From Felis catus (lineage: Eukaryota), in NCBI RefSeq assembly GCF_018350175.1, contig NC_058368.1, positions 103,170,001-103,234,000 on the forward strand: DNA of 64,000 nucleotides, written 5' to 3'. Made by a program: the position numbers and the translations under genes. Below the pieces are notes generated by a model. It made no database searches. It saw nothing but the letters and a program-made list of their open reading frames with translations, and had not been told where the DNA came from. Positions 36,521-49,095 of the stretch are shown here, in pieces; position 1 is the first letter of the stretch, and each line of letters opens with the position of its first letter.

Positions 36521-37860
36521 AATAATAAATTGAAACCTCCTCTTTAATGCAAAGAGACCAATTTTGAAACCAATGTCTTTCTAAAACTTGCTACCCATTG
36601 GACTCCCCCCCCCCAAGAAGATTTCCCCAACACGAATAGATCCATATTCTTTTGGCTAAACTTGGTCTATCGTATATTTCAGTTATTTATATCTGTCCCA
36701 TCTCATTTACTTGATGGCACAGCCACTAATGGCAGAGTTTTGGTTTTGCTCATTTTTATATCTAGCGGAAGGCCTGAGAGAGGAGCTTTAGCACAAGCCC
36801 ACCTTTAAGCCTACAGCTCAAGGCCTGATAAGGTAGATTTTGTCCTGTCCAAACATTTATTTGCCATCATTGCTCACTTTTTCTCATCTCTTTTTCAGGC
36901 ATCTGGCTCAGTATTTCTTACTGGTCAATTAGAGTGGCTTGAACTCTATTATTTAATCCTTCCCAAGCGAAGAGGCTTCTGGGAATTAGGGGTGGGGTTG
37001 GGGGTGGATGCTGGCAAGACACAAATCATGCATCCAGAAAATTTTAAAGGCTTGGCATGACCAGGAAATTGTAAGTATGCCATATTCAAGTGGATTTTTT
37101 TAACCTCCTAAATGTGTTTCTCCTGTTCCTAATCACAAAAGCCAGTGTAAACTATTTAATTCTGCAATTACAGGATGAAGGACTGAAAACAGCACAGCCT
37201 CAGGCAAGAACTGAGCACCCTCACACCATACCCTCATTAGTGAGGATGAATGTGCTATCTCTGGGCAACCCGTTATGTATCCTGTATTTGCGTATTAATT
37301 AAAAAGAAAGCTTGGTGGTACAGCATGAATCTATATGACAGGAAACCATACAATTCTCTAACTCCAAAAATTTTAAGGTCTAATTAAAAAGGCCTATATT
37401 TTCATACCATACTACGCTGCACATATGTTCAAGGCTCTCAGGCTCCCATGCTGCCTCTGAAACATGTTTTGTTTCATTCCAGGAAGATTACTGCTGTTAC
37501 AACACGGGTTTTGGATGGCGTTTGGAGAGCAGAGAGAGGAAGGGAGGTTTCTCAAGAAGAGAAGGGATTTCCATTGTTTCCAGAAAATTGTTAAAATGTG
37601 CGTGTGTACGTGTGTGTTTTCTACACATTTCTCACACATTTTCAAAACTCTGTTTCCCACCTCTGATTTTTCCCCCCACTTTCTGCCTAGCCTGCTCACT
37701 GCTAACATAAACAGATGGGATCCCCCAAATGCGAGGAATGTGATCAGACAGTGACTCCACAGGAAAAATGGAGGGCTTCTTTGCAAATGGCAGATAAAAG
37801 TGTTCCTAAATTCAGTTCAGAAAGCAGAGGCAGAGCTTTTTGTTCTCTCTCTCACTCAAT

Positions 37861-37863
<3 letters not shown>

Positions 37864-37906
<43 letters not shown>
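37864..37906. repeat. (TG)n microsatellite
   Basis: Directly visible. Confidence 0.97.
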
Positions 37907-37908
<2 letters not shown>

Positions 37909-39606
37909 AAACGACAGAAGCTGACTTAAAATGTAAAACCTGGCAATGTTTGGTTCCTATGATGATGCATAAAAGATTAGGACTTCAAGACTTCTATGCT
38001 TGAAGGAGGCTTTGAGACTGTTTTCCACAGGACAATTGGAAAAAGATGGAAAGGTAGTGTGTTTAAAACAGTATATACTGAAGTCGCACTGACACAGAAA
38101 GGACCCCCACAATATTGCCTGTTGCCCACTGACTCTCCTTGTATGTTTTTCAGCTCCTCATCATTAATTTGGAAAGGTTTTTATTTTCATATGGTGGCTA
38201 GGTGGGCTTTGCGACGTGCATGATTTGAGAGATAAAGGAAAAAGGGTCTTCTCTCCTCCAATTTTTATAAAAGAAACATTTCAAAATAAGACAAAGTGTG
38301 AAGTATGATCTCCTTATTCTTCCCAGACCCATTACCGCCTTCCGTCAGCACAGGCAATTTTGACTGTGTCAGGATATGAACCATTTTGGCAAAGGAGAGC
38401 TAAGTGCTTTTTAGGTTTAAATATTTAAATAAATGAATGGAAATCAGGAAGGCGTATTTTCCAAGTCGGTAAGACCATTTCTCAGAAATGTTGATCTACT
38501 CAGAGCTAGAGCCTCATCCATACACCTTAAGCATTCTAGAGTTTATGGCATCTTGTGAGCAAACACAGGTTGCCTTAACGTGTGACTTGTGTAGGTAATG
38601 AGAAACTTACCAGTGAAGAAATGGTGGTTTGCATCCATGACCTCCTATTTAGGGATGGCACGGTCCACTCTCCCCACACTGATTCCATCTACCTTCGGGG
38701 AGAAACAAAACTGGCACGGCCAGCCATCCTTGAGGTCCACAGTTTCTGAGAACCAGCTTAGCTTTCCAGTTTACACATGCCCCGAGATGTGAGCTCATAA
38801 GAAAGGCATGGATAATTATGTGTTGCAATTTTTGAAGGCCATTCTTCATGACATTTAATCTATACCCCTGGTCTCTTCAGTACAATACTGCTTTCAGACC
38901 AGTTACATGTGAGATCAGCAAACAGGGATCACTTAGGAGCAGGAATTTTTGGTTCAAAAATAAATATAAGGCTCGAAAGAAAGAGATTCCCCTCCCTCGC
39001 CACACACAAAATTATAGCTATTAGTGATCCTTAACCATGCTCAGCTCCAGCTCCTGCACCCCACCTCTGCCTAAGGTGCTTTAATTTGATCTTTGTTGTA
39101 CATGCTGCTTGAAAGATGAAGCCCTCTGGTGATAGCAATAATCAAGATAAAAGGGAGAGAGAAAACCTGAAACCAGAGTGGGCTCTTATTGTCCCTGCAC
39201 CTGTGCAAAGAAAAGAACCATGGTTCAAAGTGCACTATTAATCTTTCATATTTCCCTTTCTTTAAAACCCACCCTCCTTCCCTCTCTGGAATTTCTTTGT
39301 AAGGAAAACACCCATGTGTTCTCAGGTACCGTTTTTAGGTAAACTATTTTAAATCATAGCCACTAAAAAGAATTTTGCTCCCAGAGAAATGATATGCCGA
39401 ATGTGAGTAGTCACGCGGGGCCCATTTATACAGAGCCTTCTTAGGATTCAAAACATACACAATTCTTTAAAAAAATATTAAAATTACTTGCTACAGATTC
39501 TATGTTATAAAATAAAAGGTAATCAATACTATAACCCCCTTCATTTCCAAGGCATGTGTTGCAATTCTGGAAAAAAAAGAACTCTTAGTAAAAAGTAAAA
39601 CAATGC

Positions 39607-39815
39607 AGGGGCGCCTGGGTGGCTCAGTCGGTTAAGCGTCCGACTTCAGCTCAGGTCACGATCTCGCGGTCCGTGAGTTCGAGCCCCGCGTCGGGCTCTG
39701 GGCTGACAGCTCAGAGCCTGGAGCCTGCTTCGGATTCTGTGTCTCCCTCTCTCTCTGCCCCTCCCCCATTCATGATCTGTCTCTCTCTGTCTCAAAAATA
39801 AATAAACGTTAAAAA
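39607..39815 (+). mobile_element. Can-SINE (felid, low divergence)
   Basis: CpG-intact; perfect TSD aaaaagtaaaacaatgc. Confidence 0.97.
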
Positions 39816-40629
39816 AAAAAGTAAAACAATGCCACGCTGAAAAGCACGACAACTATTATTGTCTCGTGACAGTTTATCTTCGCTCCTGAAGACTCCAAAG
39901 CAACAGGCAGGCCTGATTTGCTTCTGTATCTATTACCACATAACTATAGGGAAGGACTCAACTCAGCCACACAGTCTGTTCTTTTCCTTATGTAAGCTGT
40001 TTTATTGCCATCATAATCACGGAGAGTGACCCTCTCTTCCATCTGTTGATTTTTTTCCTTTGCTGAAACAGTGCTTAGGTTTCAAAAATACTGATCTCAA
40101 AATCATTAACCTAGAAAGAACCTGGCCTTCATCCACTCCATTTATGGGATGTTAAAGCAGTCTCAAGGGTTTGCTAAAATAAACTAACAGGCTGTAGAGG
40201 AAAGGAACACACCATCTGGCCAAGCCAGTGAGGCTGAGAATATACAGTCTAGGTAATTACTTCAGGTGAATCTATTTCAACACATGAAATGACAAAAAGT
40301 TTGGGTATTTCTTTTTCTTCACTCTAATCTTCGCATAGTCTGAACGATGGACTAGTCAGATGGAAGAAAGAGGAATCCAGAGCTAATGTAAAGAAATGAT
40401 ATGTGAGCGGTGGGACCTTGGTGACGTATAATTCCTACAGACCTCTACCGTTCAGTGAAGATCGAAATTCTTGTGGTTTATGGACAGACTTGCCAGAGGG
40501 ACTGTGCATACAGACATTTTCATACACTGAATCAATCAGTATACTAAGAAGTCCAGGAGTGTGAAAGGAGACCTGGGTGGAAATCTATTTATGCCCCATT
40601 CATTTACATTTCGTAAGCATGGATGGCTT

Positions 40630-40633
<4 letters not shown>

Positions 40634-40675
<42 letters not shown>
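40634..40675. repeat. (CT)n microsatellite
   Basis: Directly visible. Confidence 0.95.
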
Positions 40676-40678
<3 letters not shown>

Positions 40679-41185
40679 GACTTAAGACAAAAGTTGCCCT
40701 GAGACCAAGATTTTATCAGTTAAGAAATACTCCTTGAGGGAAAACAGCTTACAAACAGCCACTTTATTTCCATCTTCCAGAATTAGGACAAATCTCTTCA
40801 TATTGCCTCCATTTTCTCATCTCCCAGCTACTTATGAAGCCAAACTGCTAGGGTTCTGCACCTGTCATTCAACTGCAACAGTAGCTTCTTTTTGCCAAAT
40901 ATAAATTCACACGATTTCACATTAAATTATGTAACTTCTCAGGATCATCTAACGTCACTGTCTCCTCTTTCTCACAAAATTATCTTATCCTTGATTTCAA
41001 GGCACCACAATCCACTTGCTCCTTTCTGCCAGGTTTTTTTTTTTCTTTCTATCCTCTTAATATCTATTTTCACAGGACCCAGGTTATGGATTTTCCAAAA
41101 GTTAATCATCTTTTTGATGACATTAGAAATCATCACTATGCAAGACAGAAGAGGTTAAGTAAAAGTCTAGTGATTAATCTATCTA

Positions 41186-41344
41186 CCTTCCTCCTTCCCT
41201 TCCTCTCTCCTGCCCTCTCCTCCCATCCTTTCCTCTTTCTTTCGCTCTTTCTTTTCTTAGAATTTTCTTTTCCTCCCCTTCCTTCCTTCCTCCCTCCCTC
41301 CCTTCCTTCCTTCCTTCCTTCCTTCCTTCCTTCCTTCCTTCCTT

Positions 41345-41420
<76 letters not shown>
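41186..41420. repeat. Compound polypyrimidine repeat (CCTT)n(CT)n(CTTT)n
   Basis: Directly visible. It is the source of the K/E/R/G low-complexity ORFs. Confidence 0.95.
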
Positions 41421-41518
41421 GAGTATGCTTGACACACAATGTTACATTCAGGTATACAACATAGTGATTGAACAACTCCGTATGTTATGCTATATTCACC
41501 ACAAGAGTAGCCGCCACC
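41421..41518 (-). mobile_element. Carnivore L1 (L1_Carn-like) 3' end
   Basis: ttgacacacaatgttacattcaggtatacaacatagtgatt...tatgttatgctat..tcaccacaag. Confidence 0.8.
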
Positions 41519-41899
41519 TAAAAGTCCAGTAATCCCGAATTTAAAAGGACAATATCAGTATGAATGTGGGATAGCTGTAATCACAGAGACCAACCCAGTA
41601 ACAATGAGTACCCAACTTGCGTCCTCTAAAAATCAAGATTTTCAGCCATAAAGAACTGGGTCTCCTAAGAGAAATGGTTGATTTCACATATAAAGCAGGA
41701 AATGTGTCCAAATTGCCCAGAAACCAAACTGAAGAGGCTTTTTGCAACATTAAATAAAATAATGGATCTATGTGGTAATCCCCTGTGATTGCTAGTATCA
41801 GAAAAACAAGACAAACAGACATTTTGTACCTCTTCATGGAAATATCTACCGCCGAGGGTAAAATATTCTGGTGCCCCCACCCCCAAAATCAAATCTGAG

Positions 41900-42745
41900 T
41901 CTGGAAAAATCCTACAGATCCAACCCCTAACTTACAGGAAACAACGAGGAAAGAGAGAATAATGGGGTAAATGACACCATGGGGATGCAATCAGAATACA
42001 GATTGTGAGACTCTCCCTAAGACCATAAATTTAGTTTATCAACAAATAAATTTCAAGGGGTAAAAAGGAGAGGAGAGAGAAAGAAACACAAGAGAAAAAT
42101 CAACTAATTATAATGTACGGACATTATTCAGAACTTGATTTGTAAGAAATTTACAGATAGGCAAGGAAATTGAAACACTGGCTCAAATTTTAGAAATTTC
42201 AGAGATTTCTATTGTTTGAGTTGTGATAATGGCGTTGTGATTATATTTTTATAGAGTCCTGTCAACTTTTTTTTTTTAATTTTTTTTTCAACGTTTATTT
42301 ATTTTTGGGACAGAGAGAGACAGAGCATGAACGGGGGAGGGGCAGAGAGAGAGGGAGTCACAGAATCTGAAACAGGCTCCAGGCTCTGAGCCATCAGCCC
42401 AGAGCCTGACGCGGGGCTCGAACTCCCGGACCGCGAGATCGTGACCTGGCTGAAGTTGGACGCTTAACCGACTGCGCCACCCAGGCGCCCCATCCTGTCA
42501 ACTTTTAAAATTCTATACTGAACAATTAATGATGGAAATTATATGTGATCTAGGATTTGCTCCAAAATAATCCAGTAGTGTTAGTGGCGGTGGCAGGGAG
42601 GAGGGAAGCAGGGAATGGAAGGACAGAGTTGAAACAAGACTGTCCAGGAACGAATGGTTGTGGAACCTGGGTTAAGAAATCATGGGACTCACTGTACTCA
42701 TGTCTACTTCTGTGCACATTTTAACCCATAATAAAAAAAAAATTT
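41900..42745 (+). mobile_element. L1MC-like 3' end interrupted by a SINE
   Basis: gacaccatggggatgcaatcag, gtgataatggcgttgtgattat, ggatttgctccaaaataatccag, ending cataataaaaaaaa. Confidence 0.7.
42271..42491 (-). mobile_element. Young SINEC_Fc
   Basis: Near consensus; perfect TSD tcctgtcaactttt (42257-42270 and 42493-42506). Confidence 0.98.
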
Positions 42746-43140
42746 TTAAACCCATATGCTGATGTTGACAGTATCTGTACTAGTCTTGCCTCTCATCTGC
42801 ACACAGGAGGTATATATCACTATCCCTTGATACTTAAGGGCTTATAGGAAACTCAGATTTAACGTATATAAAATACAACTCAAATACCACAAGTCTCACT
42901 AAAATAATAAAATGACAAGAACAATAAAGGCTGTTTTCTGTTAGTGTTTCCCGTCACAGTAATTTTTGCAGCATACACCTCAATAGCTCAACCTCGGTGG
43001 AAGTCTTGATTCTTCCCTCTGCCAAACCTCTTCATCCAGACTATTCCCATGACTCGTTAGTTCTAACTCCAGCAATTATTAGAATGAATTCAAATTAATC
43101 TCCTCTGCCCCCTTCACAATCTAAGCTACCATCATCTTTT

Positions 43141-43322
43141 TAAACATTTTTATTTATTTTTGAGAGGGGGAGAGAGAGTGGGGGAGGGGTAGAGAGAGGG
43201 AGACAGGGATCTGAAGCAGCCTCTGCACTGAGAGCAGAGAGCCCAATGTGGGGCTCAAACTCACATACTGAGATCATGACCTGAAGTCAGAGGTTTAATC
43301 GACTGAGCCATCCAGACACCCG
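43141..43322 (-). mobile_element. Can-SINE (older)
   Basis: TSD gctaccatcatcttt. Confidence 0.93.
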
Positions 43323-44049
43323 TAGGCTACCATCATCTTTCACAGAGACTAATGCCACCTAGATATTGGTTGTGGTGAAAGAGAAGTAGAGGAATACAAG
43401 TAACAAAAAAACGCTCTCATTCTCCATCCCTGGCTCTAAGATAGAACAAGCTCCTTATCTTGGCATTTTTCATGCTGGAGGTGGCAGGTGTTAGAGTCTA
43501 TGATGTGACCTCCGTTAGCCTCTAATTTGTCCAGTGCTGGACCCATATCACTAATTGATTGCTTTTCATAAGAGAAGACAAAGACACTGAATCAGACATC
43601 AAATGTAATCCTAGCAAACAAGATGGACACGTTTGTGGTTCTACAGTTTGTCTAGGGTCCAAGGTTCCTACACTGTCTCGTCCTTGTTCTCCATCAGAAC
43701 AGACCCTCACCAGTCCCTTCCCCTAAGGCTTTATATTCTGAGAAGCAAAAATCCTAAGATTATGGTCCCAACTGCTTTATCTCACTTAAAGTTTCATTTA
43801 ATTGACACTGGATGTGGAAAATATTTACGGCCTGATTTTGTGAACCGGCAAAAAAGCACATCTAATTTCTTGGTTTAAAAGAGCATATTAACAACCCAAG
43901 CCTATGTGACATCACGATATTTACAATTAGTACGATTGCGATTTTGCCTTTTTTTTTTCAAGACAATAATCATAACTATTCATTAGGCAGTTTCTTGTAT
44001 AAAGAATTAGGTAAAATTATGAGCCATTAATCCATAAAGGGTCATCGTG

Positions 44050-44285
44050 GGACAGTGGGAACTCTTAGGACACAGGACTGAAATCTAACTTGAGCATCAC
44101 TAGTCCCATGCATTTAGACAAGCTACAGAAATGCTCTCTGTCTCTAGTGCTGATTTGGAAAATGAAAATAATAATAAAACCACTCCACAGGTTTATAGTG
44201 AGGGTTAAACTAATTAGTAAAAGTAGAATGGTTACAACGGTGCCTGTCATCTAGTGAGCACTGAATAAGAGCAAGTTATTATTAG
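44050..44285 (+). mobile_element. MIR
   Basis: ttggaaaatgaaaataataata...gtgagggttaaa...gtgcctgtcatctagtgagcactgaataa. Confidence 0.7.
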
Positions 44286-46803
44286 TTGCAGTACGACCCT
44301 AAAAGTATTTAAGACATTTATTAGAGAACAAACATGACAGTCCATAAACCATCTGTGTTACTGTCAAAGAGAAAATAATTGATTAGACCCGAGGTCTGGG
44401 CTGGTACAGTAACTCATGTGTTACTAAGTTTCCAGCCTGAAGGTTTTACATAATTGGAGCGGTCTGTGCTTCTTGTCAAAGCAGAACTTGGTGTTGTCTA
44501 CCTCTCTCAACAGCAGATACAAAGGACCCCCTACCGGGAAGACACGATTTGGAGATTTCAGAGAGAGATAAAGATATCATAGTTTATATCCCTACAGGGA
44601 CGTGAATTCCCCTTTTAGGCCACTCTGATCATAATAAAGTGATACTTGCAGAAGCTTCTGATATATAGCAGGTGTAGAATACAATGGGGCATCTTTATTT
44701 TCCCATACAGTTACATTTCTCAAAGCACAAATGCATAAGGAGCCTGAATAGCCACCTCCCAACAGTTTTCAAAGCATGTTCTGGAGACCACTTCTCTAAT
44801 GCTTCAACCCCCACTTCAACCCTTACCCCTGCCAGCAAAGATTTCCAAGTTTTTAGCTTGGGAAAACCTGTGTCTTTACGTGTAGGAAAGGTCTACAGTG
44901 CTCAAAAGCATATTAAATGAAGTGGGGAAGAAAGTTGCTTCCATTTTAAGTTATCTGTTTATCTCTTGGCTCCCAGCTTTGTTCTGCAGTGCTGGGAACC
45001 ACATTTACAAGGCTTCCTTCCCTAAGGGCAGAGCTGCTGGAAATTGGAGGATACCAACAGGGGAGAACCCAGGATGTTCTCACGCCCCTTCAGTCGGGTC
45101 TCCTTCTGGGGCTGTACCTCCACAGTGATTCCAGGCCCATTGGGAAAAAAACCCTTCCCTTCATGATCCCAGCGCTAAATAAAACACAGCCCCAGAACGG
45201 GTCCAGCTCCTTCTAAGTGGCCTCGGATCTAGAAGGGCCACTTGGTGGTGATGGCACTTTCTGTTGTGGCTAATCTCTGCGATACTCCACAATCCAGGGA
45301 TGTTTCCTCAGCTCTTCTACAACTTGTGTTAATAAATTCCTCTATTACGGTCCTGTTTTTTTTCTATTTTCCTATCACAACACTGATGATGCTACGAGTA
45401 TTTCCCAATGTATATAAGTATGAAAAAGTTTTGTGTTGTAAAGCTGTTTCCACACTTAATGGGAACAGTCAGAGCTGTTGGGGAGTGTTCAACTCACTCA
45501 AAAGGCAAAGCAGATTTGGATAGGTCAGACATTTTGAAAAAAGAGATACATTTCATTTGTGCACACACACACATGCGCGCGCGCGTGCACACACACACAC
45601 ACACACACACATCTTTATCTCCCTTGATGAAATTAAGAATTGCTCAGTGGAGTCCACCCCACTTTGTCCTATGTAGTCAGGACCTTTATCTCATTTCAAA
45701 TAATGGCTTTTCCCAAAGGAAGTGTCTCCTTTCAGGATATCATAATAAGCTAATGGACTGAGTGATCAATGTTGTGTGCGGTGGAACATTAGAAATGTGC
45801 CATAAAATATGGAAAACAATTTAGCCACCCTCTAATGCAGGCAATTCTTGTAAAAACTATACACGAAAAACATGTACCCAACCATTTTTTTCATGCCTTA
45901 TGACAAGATTAGATGCAATAAAAACCTTGTCTTAGCAAATCAGCACGTTAGAGGATGCTGTCAGCAATAACTTTGCAAAGACATGTCCATTACCAAAGAG
46001 GGGCATTATCCTAAATTTACTCTCATTGAAGATTGATGTCTGCTATAAGCCACCATCTGTCTCTAGATTCTGTGGTATTACAATGCTGTCACTCCGCACA
46101 GTGGGAGCAGTTTGCGGCTTCTTGTTTTCTTTCCACTTTTTTATCGTTTCAAATTGGAAGACAGACAGGCAATTGTCAGAACAAAGCAACAAAGTACGAC
46201 TGACCGTGTGAAGTGTAGGGATCAAGTCCAAAGTACTCTTTCTTCATAAGATGAACAATGCATAAAATGAATTGTTTGCATGTGATTACCTTACAGTGAT
46301 TTATCCTAGTTACCATCAGCTATTTTATGGCAAAAAACTCTATTTCAGCACATTTGGGCAATTTCACAAATTCCCCAAACTAAATACTTCAGTGACATTT
46401 TTACCAAGAAAGTAAGAATTTTCCTCATTCGAGTGTGTTTTGTTTTGTTTTGATTTTAGGGGTAAAAGAATAGATGTTCTTTGTCCCAATGCTGCTTATC
46501 TACTGAATAGCACAGGTCTCTCCAGTTTTTTGATTCCTTACCAGGAATAAATGTTTGACTGTTCAGTTCCAAAAAATATTTATAAAATATAAATAAATGC
46601 CATACAACGTATACAATGTAAAATGATATAATATAAATAGAAAATAATGGGATAAAAAGAAATGCACATAGGACTTTGATTATTTTGACCCACATTCCTT
46701 GAATCATTTCTCCGGACCACTGGATGGAGACCTCACAGCAGTCAGCCTATGTTGAGAATTCAGTTTTGATGCAGAAGTTCCACTTAAATCTTGTCTACTG
46801 GAG

Positions 46804-46942
46804 ATAGGCTTGCCAGATAAAATGCTGAACACCTAGTGAAATATTGATGGGATGTACTTATACTAGATAATTAGTCATTATGTATTGCAAGGCAAATTTA
46901 ATTGGGCATCAGAGTTGTTTGTTTACTAAATCTACAAATTCA
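46804..46942 (+). mobile_element. MER53-like hAT element
   Basis: taggcttgccagataaaat...gtacttatacta...aaatttaattgggcatc...tttactaaatct. Confidence 0.75.
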
Positions 46943-47219
46943 TCTAATTGTCTAAGGATCTACCTAATACTTTCCCTGCCTCATCTTATCTACCTCTCTC
47001 CCCAGCTTTGTCACCAGGTCTGTGGTTATTGTCTATTAGCAAAGAACTGATAGGTCTAAAGCCATGTACTCTGCTGTGACTTCTTTAAATGATATGCAGT
47101 GAGTTCTATGTTTTCAGGGTTATCCCACACGGTACCTGTCTAAATAGGACACCACAAAGCCAGTCTTTGTATATCATTTAATTGGTTGTGTGTGTGTACA
47201 TGTAGGGTTGACTGAGGAG

Positions 47220-47748
47220 ATTCATTCATTAATCATTTATTCAATGCCGGCATATTTTAGGCAATGGGCCCAGGACTTGTGGTATTAAGCAGCAAAAGAC
47301 GCGATTCTGTTTCCCTCAGACTAAATGCCAACACCCTAAAAACGATCTATGTGGCTTTACACTTCTGGCCCTGTGGCAGCCATGAAAATGCACCTCCCAG
47401 CTCTCAGGATATAACATTCTTCCCCAAATATCTCCATGGTCCATTCCCTCACTTCTTGTAGATCTTATTCTCAAACGCCTTTTGTGTGTGTGTGGCAGAG
47501 CAGAGTGGGAGAGCTTTCAATTGGCCAACTTTTAAAATTACACTTCTTCCTTATTATCTCTATTACTTTATTTTTCTCCTTAGCATTTACCATGAACATA
47601 CTCTATGGTTCACTCACAGTCTACGCCTTTCTACCCTATGGATATACAAATTCCGCAAGGGTAGGATTTTTGTTTGGTTTGTTCATAGCTAAAGACCAGT
47701 GCCTGGAACAGAGTAAATGTCCAATAAAAACCTGTTGAATAAATGAAT
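47220..47748. mobile_element. L2 fragments (short - strand tail, then + strand 3' end)
   Basis: ttcattcattaatcatttatt at the left; cagtgcctggaacagagtaa..caataaaaacctgttgaataaatgaat at the right. Confidence 0.7.
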
Positions 47749-48109
47749 CTCTGCTCTCAAGAAGTTAGAGGTCTCATGGAGGGGACATAAACCAGGGAGA
47801 TACCTCACAGGGCCCTCTTGGAGATGGGAGGGTAGAAATATAAGGTAAGGCAATGCTTGTGCCGAATCACGATAATTCAGTTTGGCTCAGGTATCCCTAT
47901 GCAGGCAGAACTGGGTGTCATGCTCAGCAAACAGAACACAAGGTAACCAAAGGCAGACAGGGAGTGTCAAAAGCAGGAGAATGAAAAGGGGGAGGGGCAA
48001 GACTAGGGGAGAGTTTTTCAAAAGGGGAAACAAGAACAAATTGCCTACTAAATAAATTGATGTAGAACACTAGTGTTGGTTTCACGGCTGCTGAAAGTAT
48101 TCACAGCTA

Positions 48110-48300
48110 AAATAATCATGATACACATTATCGTTTACTTAATAACTACTATGTTCCAGGTTTACTGCTTATACACGTACCATGTGAGGCAGAGAAATCA
48201 TACAGAGAAATCCAAATTTATAGGTGAGGATATTGCAGCTTGGACAATCTCAAGAGGAAATCAGTGGCAAGGGACAGAAGTAGGAAGCAGATCCTGAAAC
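48110..48300 (-). mobile_element. MIR
   Basis: tttacttaataactactatgttccagg...tttataggtgagga. Confidence 0.55.
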
Positions 48301-48929
48301 AGCCTGGGAATTTTCCTTTACACTAAGCCTTTTTTCTAGATTCCTACAGCAATTATATGTATGTCCCTTGTTCATAGTACCAAGAACACTGTGTAACCTC
48401 TTTTTTGCTTGTCCTCTGGATATAAAATGACGAAGACTTGAATTTAATTCTATAAAAAGCCAGCTGGTACAATTCACCACAGGTCACCAATCTGGATGAG
48501 AATAGCAAAGCATACTTCTGGCTTACCTCTAAAAACAAATTGAGCTTCCAGGATCTGTACTGAGCAGTGTTTTGGCCACTTGCCTAAGATCCTTCCCTAA
48601 AACCATGAGTTCTAGATTCAAAAAAGAACTGTGGGCCTTAAAAAGTTTTTCTACATGTTCTTTTCTTAATCCTTTCTTCTTCCACCTCATCCCTTACCTT
48701 GAAACTTGGAAGCCATATATGTAGTATATCTTGGCTATGATGGCGTTTCAGAAGGTCACGATCCACTCTCACATCTTACGTCTAAGATTTTTTCAATCTC
48801 CAGGCTAATCTGGAGGTGATATAGCCCTTGTTGACAATGCATGGTCTAGGCAAATACATGTTTCTCATAGTTGGCTTTCTATACTTAAAGACATCTTAGG
48901 AATATAAAGTTGCCCTAGCAACTAATTAT

Positions 48930-49095
48930 TGGTACAGTGGACTAGGCTGAAATCAGGAATCCTGAGCTCTTGTCCTGGCTGTGCCTCTAAGAAGCTGTGT
49001 AATCTCAAGTAATTTACATTTTCTGGTCTTCAGTCAGCTTCATTCTAAAACAAGAGGCTATACTGAATTAATTCCAAAGTCCCTTCCACAGTTGA
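48930..49095 (+). mobile_element. MIR/MIR3 fragment
   Basis: ggactaggctgaaatcaggaatcctgagctct..cctggctgtgcc...ccaaagtcccttcca. Confidence 0.6.

Noticed and set aside
41086..41532. Longest ORF (148 aa) and overlapping K/E/R-rich ORFs
   Set aside because: Microsatellite plus L1 tail translation.
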